Shown: piece by piece, positions 44,663 through 53,888 of the stretch
How the letters are laid out: each line of letters begins with the position of its first letter
How positions within the stretch are numbered: position 1 is the first letter of the stretch
DNA from: Patescibacteria group bacterium
GTDB taxonomy: Bacteria; Patescibacteriota; Patescibacteriia; SG8-24
Reading direction: 5' to 3'
DNA length: 64,000 nt
Assembly: GCA_034716415.1 (NCBI GenBank)
Contig: JAYEJB010000059.1
Location: forward strand, 68 to 64,067
Notes under the pieces: model-generated
What the model saw: only the letters and a program-made list of their open reading frames with translations
What the model was told of the DNA's origin: nothing
Databases searched by the model: none
Position numbers and translations under genes: made by a program

Positions 44663-47600
44663 GCGTATCAGTAATCACCGGCAGTGACTTCCCGATATCT
44701 TCAAACCCAGGCGGCGGATTGACGACCGCCCGGCCATCATAGATGAACCGCTCCGACCCCATGTCCACACTCCTTAAGTTGCGCTTGAAGTGGAACTTAC
44801 GCGCTATCGCCAGCCCGTAGACAGTGAGTGGGGTTTCGCTTGCGGGAACCGGCGGCGTTACGGTGTAGATTCCTTCATTGCCCCCGACGAAGAACGCGCC
44901 CACCAGTGCCTGGACCCCCTGATCGATGAAGACATGCCCCTTGGATCCATCTGCCGCCGGCAGGACGATCCACCCGACAGAAGCGAGCTGTGAGAGCCTC
45001 GACACCGTTCCCGGTCCGTAGTCCATGTCACCGGTGATGTAGAGATCGCCACCGACGATAAGGATGGTCCCGTCCCCTTTGTTGCTGAGCGCGCCGTTAG
45101 CGAAAGTGTGGGCTCCGATGGTCGCGTCACCGCCGTCAGTGACGGCGATCACCCGACCGTTCAGGGGATTCCCCATCGTAGTCAAAGTGGCTTCGAGCTC
45201 GGCCGACGTGACGGTCGTGACATCACCATACCGGCCGGCCAGCAGACCATTGACATCAATCCTGCCCAGGATGGTCGCATAGGCGTTCTCCTGCTTCGGT
45301 CGCACGAAATCCACGGTCGAATCCGCTTCCTCACTACAAAGCTCGCTCGTGAAATTCAGTATCGAACTCTTGGCGATGATACAGTAGGTAGCATTAAACT
45401 TGGCGGACGGCGGATCTTCCGGCGCGTAGATCTTCTTGCCCGAAAACACGTTACCGTAGGTAGTCTCCAGCCAGGGGAACATCAGGTTATCGCAAATGTT
45501 GGCGCCCAGACAGGGTCCGTCGACGGTTGCCGCGGCGCAATCCGCGTCCCGTTTGCAGGCCGTGGTGCCATCTCCGGCGCACAGACCAAAACCACCGCTA
45601 CCGTCACAGAGGCCCCCGACACCGGCTAACACACAGTCATTATCCGTAATGCAACCGATGGATAAATCGTTATCGCAATATTTGCATTCCGGGTCATCGA
45701 AACAGACCTGACCACCATAGAGACACAACCCCCACGGGCATTTGCACTCCTGAACAGGACCCGTGTCAGGACAGCACCAGGTATTCCCCGGACAGACCGC
45801 ATCGTCCGAATTATAACCGCAGATGTAATCCCGATCTACTTCGCATCTGCCGGTGTGGCTCTCAGGCGGCCCGCAAGCACCTGGCTCGCACTGCTCCCCG
45901 ACACCGTTGGCGTCCTCGTCATCCTGCGACGGGTTGGCCAGGTTGACGCAGTTGTCGCAGGCCTGATGCGAGGTCCAATAAAGAGTCGTGTACAGCGCTT
46001 CAGCCGCGCCATCCCGGTCGAAATCGGCCCAAGAACAGACATCCTCCGGATCGCCCGGTGCCGGCGTGCTGTTACAGACGTACATGACCTGACGGTTCGA
46101 TTCGACGGTATCACCATCCTCGTCCGTAGCCCTGAAAGTCACGAAGTATTCACCGTCCGCATACGGCCAGCCGGTCAGCGTGGACAGGTCAAGGCTCAAA
46201 TTCTCGCAAATCAAGCTATTTCCGGCGGGCAATCCGACAAAGGATGTCGTATTCAACGGTCCATCCATCACCGCTCCAAACTTGTCCCGAATGAGCACTT
46301 CACAGTTCGGATTAAAATTTCCGCTGGCCGCGGTCAGGAATTCTGTCCTATCGAGGGCTAACGTGTGCTTATTCGTACGGAAAAAGGGAGCCGACGTAAT
46401 GATGCCGTCGGCGGGATACGCGATCAGCTGATCGACCACCTCTGGCGTGACGTTGATGGTAAAATTCTGCACCGGACTCGCGGCCCCGACATTATTGACG
46501 CCGTCCTCGGCGAACGCCGTGACTGGAACGACCCCATCATCGAAAAACTGGATCGGTCCCGTGACGCAGTCGCTATCCGGAGTATCATAATCGATACCAT
46601 CGACCGTCACCGTGCAGGCGCAGATGCCGCTCGTGTCCAGACCGACACCCGGATCCTGCGCAATCGCCCGAAAACGCCGCCCTTCCGCACGTCCGACCCT
46701 GATCGTACCGGCCGGACTCTCTCCCTCGGCCTCCACATCGGACACTATCGGCGGAGTCCCCTCGAACAACGTGTAATCGAAGACCTCATCTCCGTACTCC
46801 GGCACGTCACCCGGCAGTTTCAGGACAGAGATACTGATCGGATAATCCTGGAGCGGTGTCGGTATGGCAGTGGTCGGACAAGTGAACGTCAAATCAAAAC
46901 CGTCGACCGTCTGGCCGGCCAAATTGAAGATCTGGACGACATGACCCGGCACGGCGATGAAATCCAGCTTGGCGCTGTTGGTACCGGCGAGAACGCATGG
47001 CGAGCCAGCGGTCTTCGGCTGGGCATAAGGATAATAATCGGCCGGATTGGTATTATCTCCGATCACGATCGTCAAAGAGGAATAATTACCGGCTCCGATA
47101 AGGCGGATAATGTCGGTAGAATTGACATGCGTGGCCTCGGTCGCCGCCGCGGTCACTGTCGGGTCGATGCCGGCGAACGCACTGAACGGACCCAGGCGCG
47201 GGACTATCTGGCAGACGGCATCCGTCCAACTCTTGGCCGCGCAGGCTCCCACAACACCCCAACAATCCGGATCCACGCAATCGATCAGGCCGTCTCCGTC
47301 ATTATCGTAGACGTCGCCGCACATCACGAGGGTGTTCTCCGACGCGGAGCACTGAGCGAAACCGGCGCAGTCGCCGTCCGCACAATCGGTATCACCATCT
47401 CCGTCATTATCGAACAGGTCCTGGCACATATCGGCTGAATTTTCCGTCGCACCGCAACGGGCCGCATGTCCGAGATAACCGAGACTGGCGTCAGGTCCGG
47501 GGCCACCGACCTGGCAGTCCGGATCCACACAATCGGTGTCACCGTCATTGTCGTTATCCTGACTGTCAGCGCATGAACCGTAGACGACATCCTCGCGCGA

Positions 47601-49004
47601 CGGACACGGTCCGCAATTTCCGAACTGACTGCCGCAGTCTCCGTCAGCACAGTCCGTATCGCTGTCACCGTCGTCATCGAAGCTGTTAGCACATTTCTGG
47701 TATCGCTCGACGATGTCGAATTCCTTCTCGTAACAGATGAGCACTCCGTTATCCATACCGACACAGTCCGGATCCGCGCAGTTGAACAGCCCATCCAGGT
47801 CGTCGTCCAGGGTGTTGAAGCACTGTAGATCAGCGTCGCCCCCGGCCGCGTCACGATGCTCCTGCGACGGACAAGCAGGATCACCGGCACAGTCGTAGTC
47901 GCTACAGTCACGCCCGGTCAACGGATTGGCGTCCCACGCGGAATCGAAAGGACTGTCCTCGTCGTTATCCACCCCATCAGCGCAAAACCCGGCTTCACTG
48001 TCCAAACAGCCGTATGCCACCTGTTTCCAGCACGTCCGCGCGGGATTTCCGACCGGATTGGCGGAAACGTTGTCCACGCAATCAATCAGGCCGTCACCGT
48101 CGTTATCGAACGTATCGCCGCACGTCGCGGCTCCCCACTCATTCTCGAATTGGCAATTCGCTAAAGGTGCCAGCCTTCCCGGAAGGCCGTCGCAGCTGTC
48201 ATCCTGGCAGTCGGTCAGACCATCGCCGTCATTATCGAAACCGTCGGTGCAGGTCACCTCGGGATCCTCGCAAATCGAACCGTCGGCGACCCGACCGATT
48301 TCGCCCGTACACACCGCCGCGTCGAGACAATCGCCGTAAAAATTGATGTCGTTGTCCACAGTGTCGGCGCACGGATCGCTCATGCCGGCAATCGCGCCCC
48401 ACACCTCGCTCTCGTCGCCGTTCGACGGGGCGTTGGTATCGACGTAAAAATCGAGAAGACTTTTGCTACCTCCTTCACCATTCTGGAAAACCGAAATATC
48501 AAAATTATACGCACCTTCGGCCAAACCGGAGAATGTCACGGTCAGCACCTGATCGACGATACAACCGATACAACCGTCGGCGTCGAGCCGCTCATAAGCC
48601 GTCTGCGCGGGATTGATATCCTCACTCGGCAGGAATACGGCGCCGTTCGTGGGATTGGCGTACTTGTCCCAACTATCGAAAGCCGGAAGGCTGTGGATAA
48701 TATGCGAAATCAACGTGGCTTCGCTGTAGACACCTCCATTAAGGCGAATTTTCAGGGTTCCGTTGGGCCTGATGTGCTCCGTATAGGCATAATTGATGGT
48801 CTGTCCGCCGACCACGAATGAGCCGACGCAGACGTTGCCGGGGCAAGGGGTGGGTGAGACGGTCGCTCGTGCATCGGTCGGCATGAACAACAAGAAAGTC
48901 ATCAGAATCAAACCGCATAACGGGAACAGCGGGAAGGAGCGGGAAGGAGCGGGAAAAGAGCTTCTTTTCCCGCTGTTCCCGCTGTTCCCGCTATATTGAC
49001 TCAT
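44658..49004 (-). CDS. giant (1448 aa) secreted protein with >10 Cys-rich thrombospondin-type-3-like Ca-binding repeats (C..DxxDNDGDGxxDCxDxDC)
   Basis: Repeated CGDTFDNDGDGLIDCVDNV / CQDLFDNDGDGDTDCADGDC motifs; hydrophobic signal region; the 5' end of the CDS reads through a (GGGAAGGAGC)n hairpin; start ATG overlaps the upstream gene's stop (ATGA). Confidence 0.75.
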   Translation of the reverse strand: MSQYSGNSGNSGKRSSFPAPSRSFPLFPLCGLILMTFLLFMPTDARATVSPTPCPGNVCVGSFVVGGQTINYAYTEHIRPNGTLKIRLNGGVYSEATLISHIIHSLPAFDSWDKYANPTNGAVFLPSEDINPAQTAYERLDADGCIGCIVDQVLTVTFSGLAEGAYNFDISVFQNGEGGSKSLLDFYVDTNAPSNGDESEVWGAIAGMSDPCADTVDNDINFYGDCLDAAVCTGEIGRVADGSICEDPEVTCTDGFDNDGDGLTDCQDDSCDGLPGRLAPLANCQFENEWGAATCGDTFDNDGDGLIDCVDNVSANPVGNPARTCWKQVAYGCLDSEAGFCADGVDNDEDSPFDSAWDANPLTGRDCSDYDCAGDPACPSQEHRDAAGGDADLQCFNTLDDDLDGLFNCADPDCVGMDNGVLICYEKEFDIVERYQKCANSFDDDGDSDTDCADGDCGSQFGNCGPCPSREDVVYGSCADSQDNDNDGDTDCVDPDCQVGGPGPDASLGYLGHAARCGATENSADMCQDLFDNDGDGDTDCADGDCAGFAQCSASENTLVMCGDVYDNDGDGLIDCVDPDCWGVVGACAAKSWTDAVCQIVPRLGPFSAFAGIDPTVTAAATEATHVNSTDIIRLIGAGNYSSLTIVIGDNTNPADYYPYAQPKTAGSPCVLAGTNSAKLDFIAVPGHVVQIFNLAGQTVDGFDLTFTCPTTAIPTPLQDYPISISVLKLPGDVPEYGDEVFDYTLFEGTPPIVSDVEAEGESPAGTIRVGRAEGRRFRAIAQDPGVGLDTSGICACTVTVDGIDYDTPDSDCVTGPIQFFDDGVVPVTAFAEDGVNNVGAASPVQNFTINVTPEVVDQLIAYPADGIITSAPFFRTNKHTLALDRTEFLTAASGNFNPNCEVLIRDKFGAVMDGPLNTTSFVGLPAGNSLICENLSLDLSTLTGWPYADGEYFVTFRATDEDGDTVESNRQVMYVCNSTPAPGDPEDVCSWADFDRDGAAEALYTTLYWTSHQACDNCVNLANPSQDDEDANGVGEQCEPGACGPPESHTGRCEVDRDYICGYNSDDAVCPGNTWCCPDTGPVQECKCPWGLCLYGGQVCFDDPECKYCDNDLSIGCITDNDCVLAGVGGLCDGSGGFGLCAGDGTTACKRDADCAAATVDGPCLGANICDNLMFPWLETTYGNVFSGKKIYAPEDPPSAKFNATYCIIAKSSILNFTSELCSEEADSTVDFVRPKQENAYATILGRIDVNGLLAGRYGDVTTVTSAELEATLTTMGNPLNGRVIAVTDGGDATIGAHTFANGALSNKGDGTILIVGGDLYITGDMDYGPGTVSRLSQLASVGWIVLPAADGSKGHVFIDQGVQALVGAFFVGGNEGIYTVTPPVPASETPLTVYGLAIARKFHFKRNLRSVDMGSERFIYDGRAVVNPPPGFEDIGKSLPVITDTP

Positions 49005-50569
49005 AGCTTCGTCACATCATCATTCGCGTCACAACACAGGTCTCCCGCTTGATATCCGGGCGCGAAACAATCATCGATTTCGCTCACGTCAAATTCCGCG
49101 GCACTGGTGCAATCGCAATCGTAATAACCGTCATGATCGTCACCGTAAGCGCACTCCGCGCCGTTTACAATATGGAAGATGCCGCTGCTCTCGGAAACGG
49201 GTTGTCGGGTGCAACATAGATCACCGAGTTCATACGTGACTTCCGAACAATCGGCGATGCCGTCGCCGCCCATACCCCAGACGCATTCAGTCCGCGGCCT
49301 GGTCTGACAACGGTAGGAGATGCCCTGGCAATAACGATCGGCGCAGTCGATCTGACCGTTACCGTCGTTGTCGATACCGTCGTGACAGTCGCCCTCAATC
49401 GGCACGCCCCGCCGCATGACAAGCGAAAAGGAGGCGTCACCGGTGAAGTCGCACCAGGCGGCGTTGTTGAAATAACTGGCCGGAAAACCTGAATTGCAAC
49501 GTAATGCCTTGTATTGGTCGTCGCCCAGATCCAGCCCGGACCAGTTATTGGAGTGCGTGAAGATCGGCCACTTGCGTATCTTCTCGCGCAGGGTGAGCCG
49601 ACAAAATCCCGCCGCTTCGTCGCAGAACCGTTGCGCCGCACAGTCCGCATCAGTGACGCACGCATCCGCGGTCAGGATGCTGCCGATACGACAGCCGTCG
49701 ATGAACCAAAGCTGATCCGGATCCACGAAATCGGCGGGCTGCATCACGTATTCGAGATAGTCGTAGTCGTCACGAACCACATCCGGCATGACCTTGCTCA
49801 ACTTCCGGGTCGATGCGTCCGGAACGCTGATATCGCACTCCAGAAGCGCGTCCTTCGGCGCGAACAGATGATCGAAACCGATTCGGAAAGCGGTCAAGTG
49901 CGTACCCACGAGACCAGGATTGTCAGGTTCGTACACCCCCTCCGGACGCAAGACGATACCTAACGACGAAACAGTCCATCTCGTTTCCGCGTAACTGGAG
50001 TCCACCCAGCCCGCACCGGTATCCGCGTCGGTCATACCCCAGGCCCAGTTGTCGTTGAAAGCGCCTTTGTCGAAGACGCCGTTCGTGGTGTCGAGTGATA
50101 CATGATAGTTGGATGACGCGCATTCGGCCAGATTCTCGCAATTCAACGATATCCAACCGTCATCTCCGAGCGAATCGATCTTGGCCCAGCCCCAGAGCTG
50201 GTCCTGTTTACCACCGAAATCGTCACGGAACTGCGCGTATGAAGCGCCACCTTCGGGCGTAGTGCCGCCACAAGTCGTGCCGAAACAGACCCAGCCCATG
50301 GTTTCTGACCAGGCCCAGCCGGTCATGTCGGCCCAACCGAAGAAGCCAGCCGTGTCGGTGAGCGTGACACCATAATCGATGGTCGCGCAGGTCGCTGTAT
50401 TGGTGCAGTTCAGGGAAATCCAGCCGATCGTCCCGGACCAAAGCCAGCCGTAGACGTTGTCCGCGAGACCCGCAAACGCGGGCTTGGGCGTGAACAACGC
50501 AAACGAAGCGACCATCACCGCGATAGCCACCAAAATGCGCGTATTGTAACGACGCGCGTGTATATCCAT
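49001..50569 (-). CDS. secreted Trp- and Cys-rich repeat protein (522 aa)
   Basis: Signal peptide ..VAIAVMVASFALFTPKPAFA; GW(I/V)S..C / GWAWSETMGW repeats; one CHDGIDNDGNGQIDCADRYC repeat of the same type as the downstream giant protein. Confidence 0.7.
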   Translation of the reverse strand: MDIHARRYNTRILVAIAVMVASFALFTPKPAFAGLADNVYGWLWSGTIGWISLNCTNTATCATIDYGVTLTDTAGFFGWADMTGWAWSETMGWVCFGTTCGGTTPEGGASYAQFRDDFGGKQDQLWGWAKIDSLGDDGWISLNCENLAECASSNYHVSLDTTNGVFDKGAFNDNWAWGMTDADTGAGWVDSSYAETRWTVSSLGIVLRPEGVYEPDNPGLVGTHLTAFRIGFDHLFAPKDALLECDISVPDASTRKLSKVMPDVVRDDYDYLEYVMQPADFVDPDQLWFIDGCRIGSILTADACVTDADCAAQRFCDEAAGFCRLTLREKIRKWPIFTHSNNWSGLDLGDDQYKALRCNSGFPASYFNNAAWCDFTGDASFSLVMRRGVPIEGDCHDGIDNDGNGQIDCADRYCQGISYRCQTRPRTECVWGMGGDGIADCSEVTYELGDLCCTRQPVSESSGIFHIVNGAECAYGDDHDGYYDCDCTSAAEFDVSEIDDCFAPGYQAGDLCCDANDDVTKL

Positions 50570-50668
50570 ATTCGGATGGATTATACCACTGAAAATAAGC
50601 GTGCGCCACGCTTTCCGTGGATAAAAAAAGACCGACAGCTGACGGCCTTATTGTTGACGCGTAATTCA

Positions 50669-51208
50669 CTACCAACGCGCGATGATCCGAAAAAGGTGAC
50701 CTTCGCCCTCGATCCAGTCGTCGTCCCGATTTATATGAGGACAGAGCCGACTGTCGACAGCGAACTGCCAGACAGTTGCCGCGTATCCTTTGGCAAAGGG
50801 TTCAATAGGCCAGCTCTCATCGAACTGACTGAACTCCTTCAGGTAGGTCCCGAGCTGGGCCCGAAATCGAGCTATTTCCAGATCATGCGTGTCTTCGTCC
50901 ACTGCGACCGCCCTGAGCTTGACCCTGATATCATCAAGCTCTGCCCGGGCCTGTTTGACACCGTCATCATAGAGACGCTGATCCTCTTCGGCCTGCTTTG
51001 CCTCCTCCTCTAGGCGCATCTCTTCCGCCTCCTGCTCCAGCGGAGACAATTCAGCCCAGGCTTTCTTCTTGTTGCGTTTGTCCCTCGCTCTTGACCGGAT
51101 GCCCCTCAACTCACTACCGAGATCTTCCACGTGCACCCTCCTAAAAATGAACTCTGATGAACATGACCTTATCACAGGGAAAAGAAAAAACCAGCCTGAG
51201 CCAGTCAT
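50669..51208 (-). CDS. hypothetical protein with charged coiled-coil segment
   Basis: 179-aa ORF; EEAKQAEEDQRLYDDGVKQARAELDDIRVKL; start uncertain. Confidence 0.4.
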   Translation of the reverse strand: MTGSGWFFLFPVIRSCSSEFIFRRVHVEDLGSELRGIRSRARDKRNKKKAWAELSPLEQEAEEMRLEEEAKQAEEDQRLYDDGVKQARAELDDIRVKLRAVAVDEDTHDLEIARFRAQLGTYLKEFSQFDESWPIEPFAKGYAATVWQFAVDSRLCPHINRDDDWIEGEGHLFRIIARW

Positions 51209-51289
51209 GCCTGAAACACCCGCGGAAGAAGGTCGTGCCCTTCAGGGAAGGCTTCGGCATGACCAGGCCCCGACCTGTCTTGAACGTGG

Positions 51290-51694
51290 TCAATGTCCGC
51301 GATCCATGGCGTCGTTGGCCAAACGATCGGCGCGCTTATTCTGTTCGCGGCGGATGTGCGTGAAAGTCGCCTTACGAAACGCACAACGCAGGTTGTGCAC
51401 TTTCAGGTACAGCTTGGCGAGTTCAGGATCCTTAACCTTGTACTCTCCGTTCAGCTGGCGTACGACGAGTTCCGAATCAAGATAGCAGTCGACCTCCTCG
51501 CCATCACGGTTCTTGGCATGCTCCAACGCGTCGATCAGCGCGGTGTACTCGGCCTGATTATTGGTAGCCTCGCCGAGATAGCGCGAATGTTCGAGAACGG
51601 TGTTCCCCTCCTCGTCTTCGATAAGCACTCCGATGCCGGCCGGACCGGGATTCCCGCGAGCGCCACCGTCGGTGTGTATAATTAATTTACGCAT
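51290..51694 (-). CDS. rnhA: ribonuclease HI
   Basis: MRKLIIHTDGGARGNPGPAG..AEYTALI..D..YLDSELVV..W catalytic DEDD pattern. Confidence 0.85.
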   Translation of the reverse strand: MRKLIIHTDGGARGNPGPAGIGVLIEDEEGNTVLEHSRYLGEATNNQAEYTALIDALEHAKNRDGEEVDCYLDSELVVRQLNGEYKVKDPELAKLYLKVHNLRCAFRKATFTHIRREQNKRADRLANDAMDRGH

Positions 51695-51797
51695 ACTGAT
51701 TCCATGTATCACTTGCTAAGTCCATCTTGCTACCTCACGTCAGCGGGAACCGCTCCCATTCGGTCGCTAGGCGGGGACCGCCAGGCATTCGCCCGGT

Positions 51798-53615
51798 TTA
51801 GCGGGGATCACTCGCATCGCTCGCTAGCCGGGAAAGAACTTTCTCCCCCCGTTTCTCCCCGCTTTCCCCGCTTTCCCCGCTGGGTTTTACATCCACCAGC
51901 CTCAATTGAATACTCTTCGATCCGTTCCACTCATTCACCCCCACTTCCGCGACCGCGTCAATCGCACTGCCGGGCGTAAATTCCGACATGCGCTCCGTCA
52001 TACCGAATCCTATCATCTTGAACTCCTTCGGTGCATCTCCCTTGACGCCGACGCGGACATGTTTGCCGTCCTTGCCGACCGGATACAGGGAGTTCAACAT
52101 CAGGTTATGGAACATGAACAGCGGCTTCGGGTTGCTTTGACCGAATGGTTCGAACTTCTCCAGTTCGTTCACCAGTTCCCAGGTCACCTGGCTTGTCTTC
52201 AACTCACACTCAACCCGAAGTGTCGGACGCAAATCCGCACCATCGAGCTTCTTGGCCGCGCACTCCCCGGCGATGCGGATGAACTCGTTCAAGTTCTCGT
52301 CGCCCTCGATGGTCAGGCCGCATGCTTCCGGATGACCGCCGTATCGCGCCAGCACATCACTCGCCTCGTTCAACAGTTCCATGACGTCGAACTCCGGGAT
52401 ACTGCGCCCGCTGCCGACAATGTGATCCTTCTGTCTGCAGAGCACGAACGCCGGCATGCCGAGTTCGGTGACAAGCTTTCCGGCGACGATGCCGACGATC
52501 CCGGCGGACCAGCCGTCACCGACGACCACCTGGACCTTCTTCGACGGATCGACCATCTTTTTCGCCTTCCTGAACATCTCCTCGGTCCGTTTCTGTCGCT
52601 CGGCATTGCATAGGTTGAGTTTCTGCGCCAATTCCTGCGCCTCCTCGTCACTCTTCGCCATCACGGTGTCGAGCGCCAGATCGGCATGATCCATGCGCGA
52701 CGCGGCGTTGATGCGCGGACCGATGTAATAACCGACGGAAACGGTATCGAGCTGGCCTGGCTCGAGTCCGGCCGCTTCGATGAGCCTCTTCAACCCCGGT
52801 CGTCGGGTCTTGTTCAGCACGATGAGTCCATATTTCTCCAAAGTCCGATTTTCACCCAAGAGAGGCATGATATCAGTCACCGTGGCGATCGCCACCAGGT
52901 CCAACAGCCACTTCTCACGCCCTTCCGGCACCTCGACACCACTCCTTCTGGCGTAATCCAGAAACGCGGCCGCGAACTTGAAAGCGACACCCGCCGCGGC
53001 AAGTCCCTTGAACGGATACTTCTCCCCGGGCGCGAGCGGATGGATGATGGTGCATTCCGGCACCTTCTCCGAAACCTGATGATGATCGACTACGATAGCG
53101 TCCATCCCCAGCTCCTTGACCCGCGCGATCTCATCGGCGTTCGAGATGCCGCAGTCGACGGTCACCAACAGGTTGTTGCCGTCGGCGGCGAGTTTCTTCA
53201 CGGTATCCATGTTCAATCCGTACCCTTCGTGCTCCCGATGCGGGATGTAACTGGTGAACGCCTCTGAATCACCGCCGACCTCTTGGGCGATCTCCCGAAA
53301 GACCGAGAGCAGTATCGCCGTTCCCGTGACTCCATCCGCGTCATAGTCACCGTGGATGACCACTTTTTCGCGACGGGTCGCGGCGTTCCAGACACGCGCG
53401 CAGGCCTCTTCCATCTCCCGGAAAATGAACGGATCATGCAGGTCCTGCCCGTAATCGGGCAGGAGGAACTCGTCGATCTCCTGTTGGGTCGTGATTCCCC
53501 TGTTCGCCAACAACTGCACCGTTACGGGGTGCAGTTCCGGAAAACCATCACGTAGCGCAGCCGAGACCGGCTCCGCGTTTTTCCATTTCTTTTCCTTCAT
53601 TCGTGGTAACGGCAA
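51798..53615 (-). CDS. recJ: single-stranded-DNA-specific exonuclease RecJ
   Basis: 605 aa; DHH motifs (VIHGDYDADGVTGTA, VVDHHQ), DHHA1 (GGGH-type GGHPEACG), C-terminal OB region. Confidence 0.9.
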   Translation of the reverse strand: MPLPRMKEKKWKNAEPVSAALRDGFPELHPVTVQLLANRGITTQQEIDEFLLPDYGQDLHDPFIFREMEEACARVWNAATRREKVVIHGDYDADGVTGTAILLSVFREIAQEVGGDSEAFTSYIPHREHEGYGLNMDTVKKLAADGNNLLVTVDCGISNADEIARVKELGMDAIVVDHHQVSEKVPECTIIHPLAPGEKYPFKGLAAAGVAFKFAAAFLDYARRSGVEVPEGREKWLLDLVAIATVTDIMPLLGENRTLEKYGLIVLNKTRRPGLKRLIEAAGLEPGQLDTVSVGYYIGPRINAASRMDHADLALDTVMAKSDEEAQELAQKLNLCNAERQKRTEEMFRKAKKMVDPSKKVQVVVGDGWSAGIVGIVAGKLVTELGMPAFVLCRQKDHIVGSGRSIPEFDVMELLNEASDVLARYGGHPEACGLTIEGDENLNEFIRIAGECAAKKLDGADLRPTLRVECELKTSQVTWELVNELEKFEPFGQSNPKPLFMFHNLMLNSLYPVGKDGKHVRVGVKGDAPKEFKMIGFGMTERMSEFTPGSAIDAVAEVGVNEWNGSKSIQLRLVDVKPSGESGESGEKRGEKVLSRLASDASDPR

Positions 53616-53814
53616 GACTTGTCCCTGCTTCTCTGGCGAATCCGCAAAGGCAGGGATAGACCCTGCTACTACGATGTGTCATCGATCAGAACATGGATAA
53701 CCCCGGCGCGACGGTAAAGACGATCATCGACAACACCGCGCAGACCGAGATGACGATCCAGCCGAACCTCTTCAACTGACGCCGACGAATTTTTCTGTTG
53801 AATATTTTCATATC

Positions 53815-53888
53815 GGAGTTAAAAAGCTAAAAAGTTTAACAGCTTAACAGCTTTTGGACTTTTTGGCTGTTAGGCTTTTAAGCTTTAT
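53815..53888. repeat. GCTAAAAAG/CTTTTTGGC and TTAACAGC/GCTGTTAG inverted-repeat hairpin (AGTCTAAAAG family)
   Basis: Read directly in the recJ-end / lepA-end spacer. Confidence 0.6.
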
